This document shows positions 17,017 through 26,900 of a stretch of DNA of 32,000 bases, piece by piece. The stretch spans positions 4,020,001 through 4,052,000 of the forward strand of contig NC_003272.1 of the NCBI RefSeq assembly GCF_000009705.1. Direction: 5' to 3'. The stretch comes from Nostoc sp. PCC 7120 = FACHB-418 (GTDB lineage: Bacteria; Cyanobacteriota; Cyanobacteriia; Cyanobacteriales; Nostocaceae). Below the pieces are notes generated by a model. That model did not search any database, was not told the DNA's origin, and saw nothing but the letters and a program-made list of their open reading frames with translations. How positions within the stretch are numbered: the stretch's first letter is position 1; each line of letters starts with the position of its first letter. A program made the translations under genes and the position numbers.

Positions 17017-17922
17017 TTAAAATCCTAATTTTTCTAACACTGATTTCGTCGAAACAATGTGGCGGTCTAATCCTAATTCTTCAGGACTAACGCCTAAAGC
17101 CAAAGCAATTAACTGTGGTAGGTGCAACACTGGCAAACCTAGTTTATGACCGATAACTTTTTCCACCTCTGGTTGACGAGAATCTAAATTGAGATGGCAT
17201 AAAGGACAAGGGGTAACTAAACAATCTGCACCTGCGGCTAAGGCATCTTGGAGGTGCATCCCCGCCATCTTAAAAGATTCATTAGTGGCATAACTAGACA
17301 AAGGCCAACCACAACATTGTGTCCGTCCACGATAATAAATTGGCTCTGCCCCCACTGCCTGGAAAACATTTTCCATCGCCTGTGGATTGTAAGGATCATC
17401 GTAAGGCATCAACTTTTGGGCCCGGAGTAGATAACAGCCATAAAAAGCCGCACACTTCAAACCAGATAACTTACGGGTGACACGTTTGGTAATTTCCTCT
17501 AAACCATAGTCTGTGACTAAAGCATAAAGCAGGTGTTTCACCTCTGTACTACCCTGATAAGGTGAACAACCTTCTTTGTGTAACAGACCATTCACCTGTT
17601 CTATATAAGCAGGGTTACTGGTCTGAGATTCTTGCAAACGCTCATTAACATGACCAATCACACCCTGACAAGTGCTGCAATGAGTTAGTAAAGGTAAATT
17701 TAATTCTTCGGCTAGGGCAATATTGCGAGCATTGACTGTATCTTCCAGCAGTTGAGAGTCTTCCTTAAATGTGCCAGAACCACAGCAGGCAGCTTTTTTC
17801 AATTCAATTAGTTGAATACCTAAAGCTTGGGTAAGAGCTTGGGTAGACTGATACAGTTCCCGACAAGCACCTTGGGCAACACAACCAGGAAAATAAGCAT
17901 ATTTTAGTGTCTGAGATAGCAT
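17017..17922 (-). CDS. CCG-domain protein, heterodisulfide reductase subunit B-like (HdrB/GlpC/SdhE-type)
   Basis: Two cysteine-rich CCG motifs (KKAACCGSG and RTQCCGWP) plus FPGC and TPCPLCH. 301 aa. Confidence 0.75.
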   Translation of the reverse strand: MLSQTLKYAYFPGCVAQGACRELYQSTQALTQALGIQLIELKKAACCGSGTFKEDSQLLEDTVNARNIALAEELNLPLLTHCSTCQGVIGHVNERLQESQTSNPAYIEQVNGLLHKEGCSPYQGSTEVKHLLYALVTDYGLEEITKRVTRKLSGLKCAAFYGCYLLRAQKLMPYDDPYNPQAMENVFQAVGAEPIYYRGRTQCCGWPLSSYATNESFKMAGMHLQDALAAGADCLVTPCPLCHLNLDSRQPEVEKVIGHKLGLPVLHLPQLIALALGVSPEELGLDRHIVSTKSVLEKLGF

Positions 17923-18076
17923 AAAAGTAGGTTTATTTTAGGGCAACTGCCCCGATGATAACTTTTCTATCACCCCTCACAGGCCATACTTAAGAGGAAT
18001 GGTAATTTTTTTTGGACATTTGCCAAAAATTTAGTAAGAATTGGTAAGCAACAGTATTTACAAAATGTAGGCGTAA

Positions 18077-18093
18077 TGACCGACAGTCGGTCA
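18077..18093. promoter_or_regulatory. Perfect 17-bp palindrome TGACCGAC-A-GTCGGTCA in a divergent promoter region
   Basis: Read directly. It lies between the HdrB-like start (17922, minus) and the acpP start (18359, plus). Confidence 0.35.
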
Positions 18094-18358
18094 AAGCCCG
18101 AAGCACAAAGTCTTATCTGGACTAGCAAAAAAATCGCTCATAGCACGAGCTTATATCAATAGAGCTAAGTAGCAAGAAACAAGGGCTGGGTCAAAACACA
18201 TACTCAGCACTCAGGACTAAAAACTCAGCACTGCCCACCCTATTCTATATTTGGAACTGGGACGCTATGCGGACGATCGCGCTTTCCGATAAGATGTATA
18301 TGCTCAAAATGTTGCCCACAAAGCGCGGACAATAGCAACTGGTTAAGGACGTTTATCT

Positions 18359-18613
18359 ATGAGCCAATCAGAAACTTTTGAAAAAGTCAAAAAAATTGTT
18401 ATCGAACAACTAAGTGTGGAGAACCCTGACACAGTAACTCCAGAAGCTAGTTTTGCCAACGATTTACAGGCTGATTCCCTCGATACAGTAGAACTAGTAA
18501 TGGCTTTGGAAGAAGAATTTGATATCGAAATTCCCGATGAAGCCGCAGAGAAAATTACCACTGTTCAAGAAGCGGTGGATTACATCAATAACCAAGTTGC
18601 CGCATCAGCTTAA
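18359..18613 (+). CDS. acpP: Acyl carrier protein
   Basis: 84 aa with the phosphopantetheine-attachment motif [19 protein letters not shown]. Confidence 0.95.
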   Translation: MSQSETFEKVKKIVIEQLSVENPDTVTPEASFANDLQADSLDTVELVMALEEEFDIEIPDEAAEKITTVQEAVDYINNQVAASA

Positions 18614-18622
18614 GCAGCCATT

Positions 18623-18775
18623 GGGGATTGGGGACTGGGGACTGGGTATTGGGGACTGGGGACTGGGTATTGGGTGTTGGGAAGTCAAGATTTTTTCTCT
18701 TTCTCCTGCCTCCTGCCTCCCTGCGACTGCGCTCAGGGCAAGCCTGCCCTTCGCCTTCTGCCCCTTGCCTCTTCC
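18623..18775. repeat. STRR-type repeat block: nine G-rich heptamers (GGGGACT/GGGGATT/GGGTATT) followed by a C-rich arm (CTCCTGC units)
   Basis: Heptamers are read in phase from 18623 to 18685; GGGGACT is the reverse complement of the classic STRR1 unit CCCCAGT. The C-rich partner is at ~18704-18775. The block starts 10 nt after the acpP stop. Confidence 0.9.
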
Positions 18776-18833
18776 TCATCCCTAGTCTTTAGTCCCTAAT
18801 TTTTGCAGCTTTCTCGCCACCTTTAACTGAGTC

Positions 18834-20084
18834 ATGACAGATTATAATCGTAAACGCGTTGTTGTCACGGGTGTTGGCGCGATTACACCTATTGGTAACA
18901 CAGCCTCTGAATATTGGGAAGGATTGTTAAGCGGACGCAATGGCATTGACTACATCACCCACTTTGATGCGTCTAGCCATGATTGTCGGATTGCTGGTGA
19001 AGTGAAAAACTTCGACCCCCATGAGTACTTGGAGCGCAAAGAAGCCAAGCGCATGGATCGGTTTTCCCAATTTGCAGTTGCAGCAGCCAAACAAGCACTT
19101 GTGGATTCCCAGTTAGTCATTAATGAACTGAACGCCGAACAAGTGGGGGTTATTATTGGTTCTGGGGTAGGCGGACTCAAGGTCATGGAAGACCAGCAAA
19201 CCATCTATCTCAACCGGGGGCCTGATCGCTGTAGTCCCTTCATGATTCCCATGATGATCGCCAACATGGCGGCTGGACTGACAGCAATTCACACTGGTGC
19301 CAAAGGGCCAAATAACTGTACTGTCACCGCTTGCGCCGCAGGCTCTAATGCGATCGGCGACGCTTTCCGCCTAGTCCAAGGTGGTTATGCCCAAGCCATG
19401 ATTTGTGGTGGGGCTGAGGCAGCAATTACACCATTAGGTGTGGCTGGGTTTGCGGCTGCAAGGGCGTTATCAACTCGCAATGATGACCCAGCTCATGCTT
19501 GTCGTCCCTTTGACCGCGATCGCGATGGATTTGTCATGGGTGAAGGTGCGGGAATTCTCATTCTGGAAGAGCTGCAACACGCCATAAGTCGCGGCGCTCG
19601 CATTTATGCCGAAATCGTTGGTTATGGTATGACTTGCGATGCCTACCACATGACATCCCCAGTCCCTGGCGGCGAAGGAGCCTCCAGAGCCATCCAACTG
19701 GCACTCAAAGACGCAAACATCACCCCAGAACAAGTTAGCTACATTAATGCTCACGGTACCAGCACCTCAGCAAACGATACCACCGAAACCGCAGCGATTA
19801 AACGAGCGCTAGGAGACCATGCTTATAAAATAGCAGTCAGCTCCACCAAATCGATGACAGGTCATCTTTTGGGTGGTTCTGGCGGTATTGAAGCTGTAGC
19901 CACAGTGTTGGCAACTGCTCATGACCAAATTCCACCTACAATTAATATTGAAAACCTTGACCCAGATTGTGACCTAGATTACGTGCCTGACTCTAGTCGC
20001 GCTCACAAAGTCCAGGTAGCATTGTCTAATTCTTTTGGATTTGGTGGTCATAATGTCACACTAGCTTTCAAAAAGTACGTGTGA
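18834..20084 (+). CDS. fabF: Beta-ketoacyl-ACP synthase II
   Basis: 416 aa. Active-site Cys context TVTACAAGSNAIG; His motifs CDAYHMT and INAHGTST; C-terminal SNSFGFGGHN. Confidence 0.95.
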   Translation: MTDYNRKRVVVTGVGAITPIGNTASEYWEGLLSGRNGIDYITHFDASSHDCRIAGEVKNFDPHEYLERKEAKRMDRFSQFAVAAAKQALVDSQLVINELNAEQVGVIIGSGVGGLKVMEDQQTIYLNRGPDRCSPFMIPMMIANMAAGLTAIHTGAKGPNNCTVTACAAGSNAIGDAFRLVQGGYAQAMICGGAEAAITPLGVAGFAAARALSTRNDDPAHACRPFDRDRDGFVMGEGAGILILEELQHAISRGARIYAEIVGYGMTCDAYHMTSPVPGGEGASRAIQLALKDANITPEQVSYINAHGTSTSANDTTETAAIKRALGDHAYKIAVSSTKSMTGHLLGGSGGIEAVATVLATAHDQIPPTINIENLDPDCDLDYVPDSSRAHKVQVALSNSFGFGGHNVTLAFKKYV

Positions 20085-20330
20085 AAAAGCCAAGAGGTAG
20101 GGAGAGAAACTTTTAAATTTATATCTCCCCACTCTCCACTTGTCGGCTCTCCTGAAATCAACCAGCTAAAAGTATCATAGATATCATTCCCGACCCAGCC
20201 AAGGGTTCAGCGTGACCGGATTCTTGGCTGGATAAATTACCACAAACTCAGGAGATCCCGCTTGTCCATCGACAATCGGGAATGGGATGATGAGGATAAC
20301 GTAGGGGAATGAAAATCAGTTGTCATTTAT

Positions 20331-20386
20331 TCAGTATCAGTTATCAGTAGTAAATCCTATCTTGATAACTGTTAACTGTTAACTGC
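20331..20386. repeat. Inverted heptamer repeats (TCAGTTA-type units versus TAACTGT x3)
   Basis: tcagtatcagttatcagta (20331-20349) faces gataactgttaactgttaactgc (20364-20386), in the fabF-tkt spacer. Confidence 0.8.
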
Positions 20387-20455
20387 TAGCTGAGAAAAAC
20401 AACCCCAGTAAAAGTAGCTTGAAGAGTGCTAACCCGTCGTTAAGAACAAGAGATT

Positions 20456-22468
20456 ATGGCTGTTGCAACCCAATCCCTCGAAGAACTTTCTATTAATGCG
20501 ATTCGTTTCTTGGCTGTTGATGCCATAGAAAAGGCAAAATCGGGACACCCCGGACTACCGATGGGCGCGGCTCCAATGGCTTTTGTGCTGTGGAACCGCT
20601 TTATGCGGTATAACCCGAAAAATCCCAAATGGTTTAACCGCGATCGCTTTGTTTTGTCTGCTGGTCATGGTTCCATGTTGCAGTATGCCCTGCTCTACCT
20701 GACAGGCTACGATAGCGTCAGCATTGAGGACATCAAGCAATTCCGCCAGTGGGAATCCAAAACCCCCGGACACCCAGAAAACTTCATGACCGCAGGTGTA
20801 GAAGTCACCACTGGGCCACTAGGTCAAGGTATTGCCAATGGTGTTGGTTTAGCGATCGCAGAAGCTCACCTCGCAGCTAAGTTCAACAAACCCGATGCCA
20901 AGATTGTTGACCATTATACCTATGTAATTTTAGGTGATGGTTGCAACATGGAAGGCGTTTCTGGTGAAGCAGCCTCTTTTGCTGGACACTTGGGATTAGG
21001 TAAACTGATCGCTCTGTACGACGACAACCACATTTCCATCGATGGTTCTACAGATGTAGCCTTTACCGAAGATGTTTCCAAGCGTTTTGAATCTTATGGC
21101 TGGCACGTCATCCATGTTAAAGATGGCAACACCGATTTAGAAGCAATTCACAAAGCTATTGAAGAGGCAAAAGCTGTCACCGATAAGCCCACCATGATTA
21201 AGGTGACAACCATTATCGGTTACGGTTCCCCTAACAAATCTAATACTGCCGGGGTTCACGGTGCAGCATTGGGTGGAGATGAAGTAGCCTTAACTCGTCA
21301 AAATCTAGGTTGGTCACACGACCCATTTGTTGTTCCCGAAGATGTCCTCAACTATACCCGTAAAGCAGTAGAGCGCGGTGCAGGCTACGAATCTGACTGG
21401 AACAAAACCTACGCAGATTACAAAGCTAAATATCCCCAAGAAGCGGCTGAATTTGAGCGTTACTTAAGCGGCAAACTGGCTGATGGTTGGGATAAGGTAC
21501 TACCATCCTACACCCCCGAAGATAAAGGACTTCCCACCCGTAAGCATTCAGAAACCTGCCTCAACAAATTGGCGGCGGTTCTACCTGAACTCATTGGTGG
21601 TTCGGCTGACTTGACCCATTCCAACCTCACCGAAATCAAGGGCAAAGGCGACTTCCAAAAAGGACAATACCAAAATCCCAACATCCACTTTGGTGTCCGG
21701 GAACATGGTATGGGCGCAATCTGTAACGGTATTGCGCTGCATGGTTCGGGATTAATTCCCTATGGCGCTACCTTCTTAATCTTCAGTGATTATATGCGCG
21801 CTCCCATCCGTTTATCTGCCCTGTCTCAAGCCGGCTCGATTTGGGTGATGACCCACGATTCCATCGGTCAAGGTGAAGACGGCCCGACCCACCAACCAAT
21901 CGAAACGCTGGCCTCACTCCGTGCTATTCCTAACCTGACAGTAATTCGTCCCGCCGACGGTAACGAAACCTCCGGCGCTTACAAAGTAGCAATTGAGAGA
22001 GCTAAGAACAACGCTCCTACTTTGTTGGCGTTTACTCGTCAAAATGTTCCCAACTTGGCAGGTACATCGATTGATGACGTAGCTAAGGGCGGATACATTG
22101 TTGTAGATACCGATGGCACACCAGATTTAATCCTGATTGGTACTGGTTCAGAATTGAGCCTCTGTGTCACCGCAGCCGAGAAACTCAAAGCTGAAGGCAA
22201 GAAAGTTCGTGTAGTCTCCTTGGCTGCTTGGGATTTGTTTGATGCACAAGATGCAGCTTACAAAGAATCAGTTCTACCTAAAGCTGTCACCAAGCGTTTA
22301 GCTGTAGAAGCGGCTAGCAGCTTCGGCTGGCACAAATATATTGGTAGTGAAGGCGATGCTGTAACTATAGACCGCTTCGGTGCTTCTGCTCCTGGCGGCG
22401 TTTGTTTGGAGAAATTTGGTTTTAGCGTTGATAATGTATTAGCTAAAGCTAAACAATTGTTGGGTTAA
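20456..22468 (+). CDS. tkt: Transketolase
   Basis: 670 aa. N-terminal ...SGHPG.PMG..., ThDP motif [13 protein letters not shown], and [17 protein letters not shown]. Confidence 0.97.
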   Translation: MAVATQSLEELSINAIRFLAVDAIEKAKSGHPGLPMGAAPMAFVLWNRFMRYNPKNPKWFNRDRFVLSAGHGSMLQYALLYLTGYDSVSIEDIKQFRQWESKTPGHPENFMTAGVEVTTGPLGQGIANGVGLAIAEAHLAAKFNKPDAKIVDHYTYVILGDGCNMEGVSGEAASFAGHLGLGKLIALYDDNHISIDGSTDVAFTEDVSKRFESYGWHVIHVKDGNTDLEAIHKAIEEAKAVTDKPTMIKVTTIIGYGSPNKSNTAGVHGAALGGDEVALTRQNLGWSHDPFVVPEDVLNYTRKAVERGAGYESDWNKTYADYKAKYPQEAAEFERYLSGKLADGWDKVLPSYTPEDKGLPTRKHSETCLNKLAAVLPELIGGSADLTHSNLTEIKGKGDFQKGQYQNPNIHFGVREHGMGAICNGIALHGSGLIPYGATFLIFSDYMRAPIRLSALSQAGSIWVMTHDSIGQGEDGPTHQPIETLASLRAIPNLTVIRPADGNETSGAYKVAIERAKNNAPTLLAFTRQNVPNLAGTSIDDVAKGGYIVVDTDGTPDLILIGTGSELSLCVTAAEKLKAEGKKVRVVSLAAWDLFDAQDAAYKESVLPKAVTKRLAVEAASSFGWHKYIGSEGDAVTIDRFGASAPGGVCLEKFGFSVDNVLAKAKQLLG

Positions 22469-22504
22469 TAGCAACAGAATATTCTCTTACATTAATTATT
22501 GGGT

Positions 22505-22527
22505 GGGCATAATGCCTGCCCTTTTTT
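22505..22527 (+). terminator. Rho-independent terminator of tkt
   Basis: GGGCA (22505-22509) / TGCCC (22517-22521), 7-nt loop, TTTTTT (22522-22527). Confidence 0.7.
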
Positions 22528-22802
22528 GTGGCATAAAAGTGCAAAATCATAATTCCTGATAATTTATAATATGTGTTTGGGTGCTGTAGTGATCAAGATA
22601 ATCAACTTCATGAAAAATTCACATATTAGAATTTTTCATTTTTCCGCATATATATAACTCCTATTTGATTTTCACTGGCGTAGTCTGTGTTGACGCTGAA
22701 AAATTCCAAATAGACGAGACTTGTTTTTTGTTCCCTATTTATGCAAGTAATTTCCCAAAGAAAAGCGGAATATCATAACATTTACTTAATTAGGCTCAAC
22801 TG

Positions 22803-23825
22803 ATGAATCAAAGCAAATTATCTCAAAATAAGCCTATAATTTTGGGCTTATGTTTACCTGCGATCGCTGCATATTTCACCGTAAATACAGGAACCTTTTC
22901 TCTACAACCAGCTAACGCCAAAGAAACACAATCTTTCCAACTAGCACAACAAAGCAGTTCCCCATCCGAAAAAGTCAGAATTGCCGTTCTTGATTTTGAT
23001 TTTAGTAGCGTCAGTAACCCCAGTTACTTATCACTTTTTCCCGCAGGTAGTAAGGGTGTCAGTGACATCCTCGTCAATCGGTTAGTGAAAAGCGGTAATT
23101 TTGTTGTCGTGGAACGTAGCCAATTAGAAGCTATTTTAAGAGAACAAGATTTAGGTGATTCTGGAAGAGTTGATGCTAGTACAGCCGCAAAAATTGGCCG
23201 TATTTTAGGCGTTGAGGCGGTTGTCATCGGCTCAGTGACTCAATTTGACGTTCAACAACGGCGCTCTGGGGGTGGCTTTTTAGGATTTGGTGCAGCGAGT
23301 ACCGATACCGATGCTTTGGTCAAATTGAATATTCGTGTAGTCAATACAACTACAGCCGAAATCTTGTTTGTAGCTGAAGGTAATGGGAATGAGAGCCAGT
23401 CCGATACTCAAGTCAGTGTATTGGGTATTGGTGGAGGTTCCTCTACTAGCAACGAAGGCAAATTACTCACCAAAGCCACTGAAAAAGCGATCGATCAAGT
23501 CATCACTGAATTGAATACAAAATCCACCAATTTAGCCGCTTTACCAAAAGCTTTACCCAGCGTTAACGCCACTGTAGCTGATGTCACAGGAAATACTGTG
23601 ATTTTAAACAAAGGTAAATCAGACGGTTATCGAGTCGGGATGAAACTTTCCATTGAGCGAGTGACAAAACAAGTGAAAGACCCGACCACAGGTAAAGTTA
23701 TCCGCAGTGTTACTCAACCATTAGGCATGATTCAACTAGTTGACGTGGATGCTACATCTAGCGTTGGGAAAATCACCACTGGCGGTAAATTCAAAGTTGG
23801 AGATATTGCTAAACCTGCACAATAG
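22803..23825 (+). CDS. CsgG-family (curli-transport-like, COG1462) protein with a ~100-aa C-terminal beta-rich extension
   Basis: RIAVLDFDFSS...GVSDILVNRLVKSGNFVVVERSQLEAILREQDLGDSGRVDASTAAKIGRILGVEAVVIGSVTQF matches the CsgG core pattern. The N-terminus is hydrophobic, but the lipobox (LGLC) is non-canonical. Confidence 0.7.
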   Translation: MNQSKLSQNKPIILGLCLPAIAAYFTVNTGTFSLQPANAKETQSFQLAQQSSSPSEKVRIAVLDFDFSSVSNPSYLSLFPAGSKGVSDILVNRLVKSGNFVVVERSQLEAILREQDLGDSGRVDASTAAKIGRILGVEAVVIGSVTQFDVQQRRSGGGFLGFGAASTDTDALVKLNIRVVNTTTAEILFVAEGNGNESQSDTQVSVLGIGGGSSTSNEGKLLTKATEKAIDQVITELNTKSTNLAALPKALPSVNATVADVTGNTVILNKGKSDGYRVGMKLSIERVTKQVKDPTTGKVIRSVTQPLGMIQLVDVDATSSVGKITTGGKFKVGDIAKPAQ

Positions 23826-23883
23826 AATCTTACTTGCATGATTGGCGCGATCGCCTTTTCTTAATTACCTTGTGAAAAACAAG

Positions 23884-23912
23884 ATACCCGACTTTTTTTA
23901 AAAGTCGGGTAT
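23884..23912. terminator. Bidirectional terminator between convergent genes
   Basis: ATACCCGACTTTT-TTT-AAAAGTCGGGTAT is a perfect 13-bp inverted repeat with A/T runs on both sides. It lies between the stops at 23825 (plus) and 23919 (minus). Confidence 0.75.
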
Positions 23913-23918
23913 TTGTGG

Positions 23919-26900
23919 CTAGGCAATTAAACTAAAATCGCTACTACTTAAAGTAATATCAGGATTACCTAAACGAGCAAACTCAAACACTGTACTTGTA
24001 CCCAGAACATTACCGTCTCGATTGTAAAATAAGCTACCACTACCTTGGCTATAGACAATTCGCGCACTACTAGCATTAACAAATTCATCATCACTGACAA
24101 CGGCAAAATCAGTTAAAGCCTGTCCTGCGCTATTAGTAACTGCATTAAATGTAGCTTTACTCAACACAATTTGGTCTTGTCCCACATCAAACTGGCTAAT
24201 GTAATCAACCCCTAAACTGGAACTAAAAACACCACTACTTTGGAATAGATATTTATCCTGACCAATACCACCAGTCAGAATATCATCCCCCAATCCACCC
24301 CAGAGGGTATCATTTCCAGCTAATCCTTGCAGTTGGTCGTTTCCGTTACCACCAGCCAGAATATTATTTAAAGCATTACCAGTGAGCCTGTCATTACCTG
24401 TACCACCTGTAGCATTTTCGATGACGTTATTAGCAGAGAGAATCAGTTTGAGGTTGTTATTCACTGTTTGTGATGTAGTCACACCCAGATTTACCCTGAC
24501 AGTAGCCGTACTACCATTGAAGTCAATAGTATCAATACCACCTGTAGCGGTTTCTGTAATCGTGTCCGTTCCCAAAGCAGCATTAGCTACAAAGGCATAA
24601 GTATCATTTCCCGCGCCACCAGAAAGAATATTATTGCCACTATTACCTGTGAGGATATTATTTCCCGCATTACCTGTACCGTTAATTGCTGCTGTTCCTG
24701 TGAGGGTGAGGTTTTCCACATTAGTTGGCAAAGTGGTAGTCACAGAAGCACTGAGGGTATCGGTAATAGTTGTGGTAACAGTATTGGTTGTCCCAAGAGT
24801 AGCATTGGTGGGAGAAGTCAGCCTGAGTGTAAAGGTTTCATTTGCCTCATTAACTGAATCATTGAGAATAGGGATATTGATGACTTTACTGGTTTCCCCT
24901 GGATTGAAAGTCAGAGTTCCTGTTGTGCTTGTATAGTCCGAACCTGCTGTAGCTGTACCATTAGCGGTGGCATATTGGACGGTGATAATTTGACTGCTGG
25001 CTTGGGAAAGAGTAACGGTATAGGTAACGTTTTGAGGACTGCTATTACCTTCGACTATGGTTTGGCTACCACTGAGATTTATAGTAATGCCGGTAGGTAA
25101 GGTGTCATCATTAGTAATGGTTCCAGTGACGGCTGTTGTTGTACCGACTGTATAACCTGTGCCGCTTGCTAAAGTTAAAGCAACGGTTTCATTACTTTCA
25201 ACGGTGGTATCTGCGGTAGGATTAATCGTTAAGATGGCTGTACTCGCACCCGCAGCAAAGGTAATTGTACCTGTGGTAGCAGTGAAACTAGCAGCACCAC
25301 TTTGAGCGTAGTCAGTGTTCAGGGTAGCTGTCCCAGCAACGCCAAAGTTAATGGTTAAGGCGTTGGTTGTGCTGCCAGTGCGGGTAAAGGTGTAAATTAA
25401 ATTTGGGGTTCCGTCTTCGGTAACGCTAGCTGGAGATACTGCTAGGGTAATACTGGGGAAATCATCGTTAGTAATGGTTCCAGTGACGGCTGTTGTTGTA
25501 CCGACTGTATAACCTGTACCGCTTGCTAAAGTTAAAGCAACGGTTTCGTTACTTTCGACGGTGGTATCTGCGGTGGGGTTAATCGTTAAGATGGCTGTAC
25601 TTGCACCCACCGCAAAGGTAATTGTACCCGTGGTAGCAGTGAAACTCGCTGCGCCTGTTTGAGCGTAGTCAGTGTTCAGGGTAGCTGTCCCAGCAACGCT
25701 ATAATTTACGGTTAGGGCGTTGGTAGTACTACCAGTGCGGGTGAAAGTGTAAATTAGATTTGGGGTTCCGTCTTCGGTAACGCTAGCTGGAGATACGGCT
25801 AAGGTGATAGTTGGTGAGGTATTACCAATGGTTATAGTTTGATCTGAAAATTGTATTTGTTCAACTTCACGTAATGTATCTACGCCATCACGATTAGCCA
25901 CCGTATCGGTAACTGTAAAAACACCCCCATTACTAGTTACTTGATATTGAGAACGAGTACCTAAATAAACAGCGATATCATTACCAGTCCCACCGTAGAA
26001 TGTATCGTTACCTGCACCACCCTCAAAACGGTCGTCACCCTGTTCACCAAATAAGACATCATTACCAAAAAATCCTCTGAGGGTATCATTACCTAAACCA
26101 CCAAATAACTGATCTGGGGAGTTAGTACCATCGATAGTTTGATTGAGGTTAACGGTGTTAGTGTTGAAGATGAAATCACTGGCTTGTAGTAGATTGGGAT
26201 TAATGTTATTGAGTTTTATTTGAGACTGATCACCATTGAAGAAGGTAGTAATTAAAGCATTATTCTGACCATCATTACTAATGAGTAATTGTAGGGTAGC
26301 CCAATCACTAATATTTAGGCTTCTGATATCTATTTTGTCTTGTCCTTGAACAAAATCTATGACTACATCATTGTCTTGTAGTTGTTCCAAGTTAAAGACA
26401 TCATTACCAGCACCACCATAGAAAGTATCGTTACCCCGACCACCCTCAAAACGGTCATCACCTTGTTCACCAAACAAGACATCATTACCAAAAAATCCTC
26501 TGAGGGTATCATTACCTAAACCACCGAATAACTGATCTGGGGAGTTAGTACCATCGATAGTTTGATTAAGGTTAACGGTGTTGAAGATGAAATCACTAGC
26601 TTGGAGTAGGTTTGGATTGATATTCAGTAGTTTGATTTGCGACTGATCACCATTGAAGAAGGTAGTAATTAAGGCATTGTCTTGACCGTCGTTACTAATG
26701 AGTAATTGTAGGGTAGCCCAATCATTAATATTCAGGTTTCTGATATCTATTTTGTCTTGTCCTTGAACAAAATCTGTGACTACATCATTGTCTTGTAGTT
26801 GTTCCAAGTTAAAGACATCATTACCAGCACCACCATAGAAAGTATCGTTACCCCGACCACCCTCAAAACGGTCATCACCTTGTTCACCAAACAAGACATC

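Noticed and set aside
18519-18785. ORF-track entries 18519..18785 (+) and 18585..18779 (-), encoding [15 protein letters not shown]-type peptides
   Set aside because: Both are read-throughs of the STRR heptamer block in the acpP-fabF spacer. They mirror each other on opposite strands, are low-complexity and overlap the acpP 3-prime end.
1666-22000. Remaining short antisense or overlapping track ORFs: 1666..1851, 2816..2998, 3304..3546, 4078..4275, 5258..5554, 8261..8560, 9215..9400, 11399..11638, 14008..14199, 14429..14650, 16298..16609, 17248..17430, 18343..18561, 18950..19204, 19470..19754, 20440..20628, 20555..20773 and 23024..23227
   Set aside because: Each lies entirely within, and antisense or out of frame to, a longer ORF with clear family-level motifs. 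None shows a recognisable domain.
24382-24936. Plus-strand ORFs antisense to the RTX gene (24382..24600, 24634..24936, and also 27540..27728 and 27949..28230)
   Set aside because: They are low-complexity Val/Pro/Leu-rich mirror frames of the repeat-rich minus-strand CDS. These are typical shadow ORFs.
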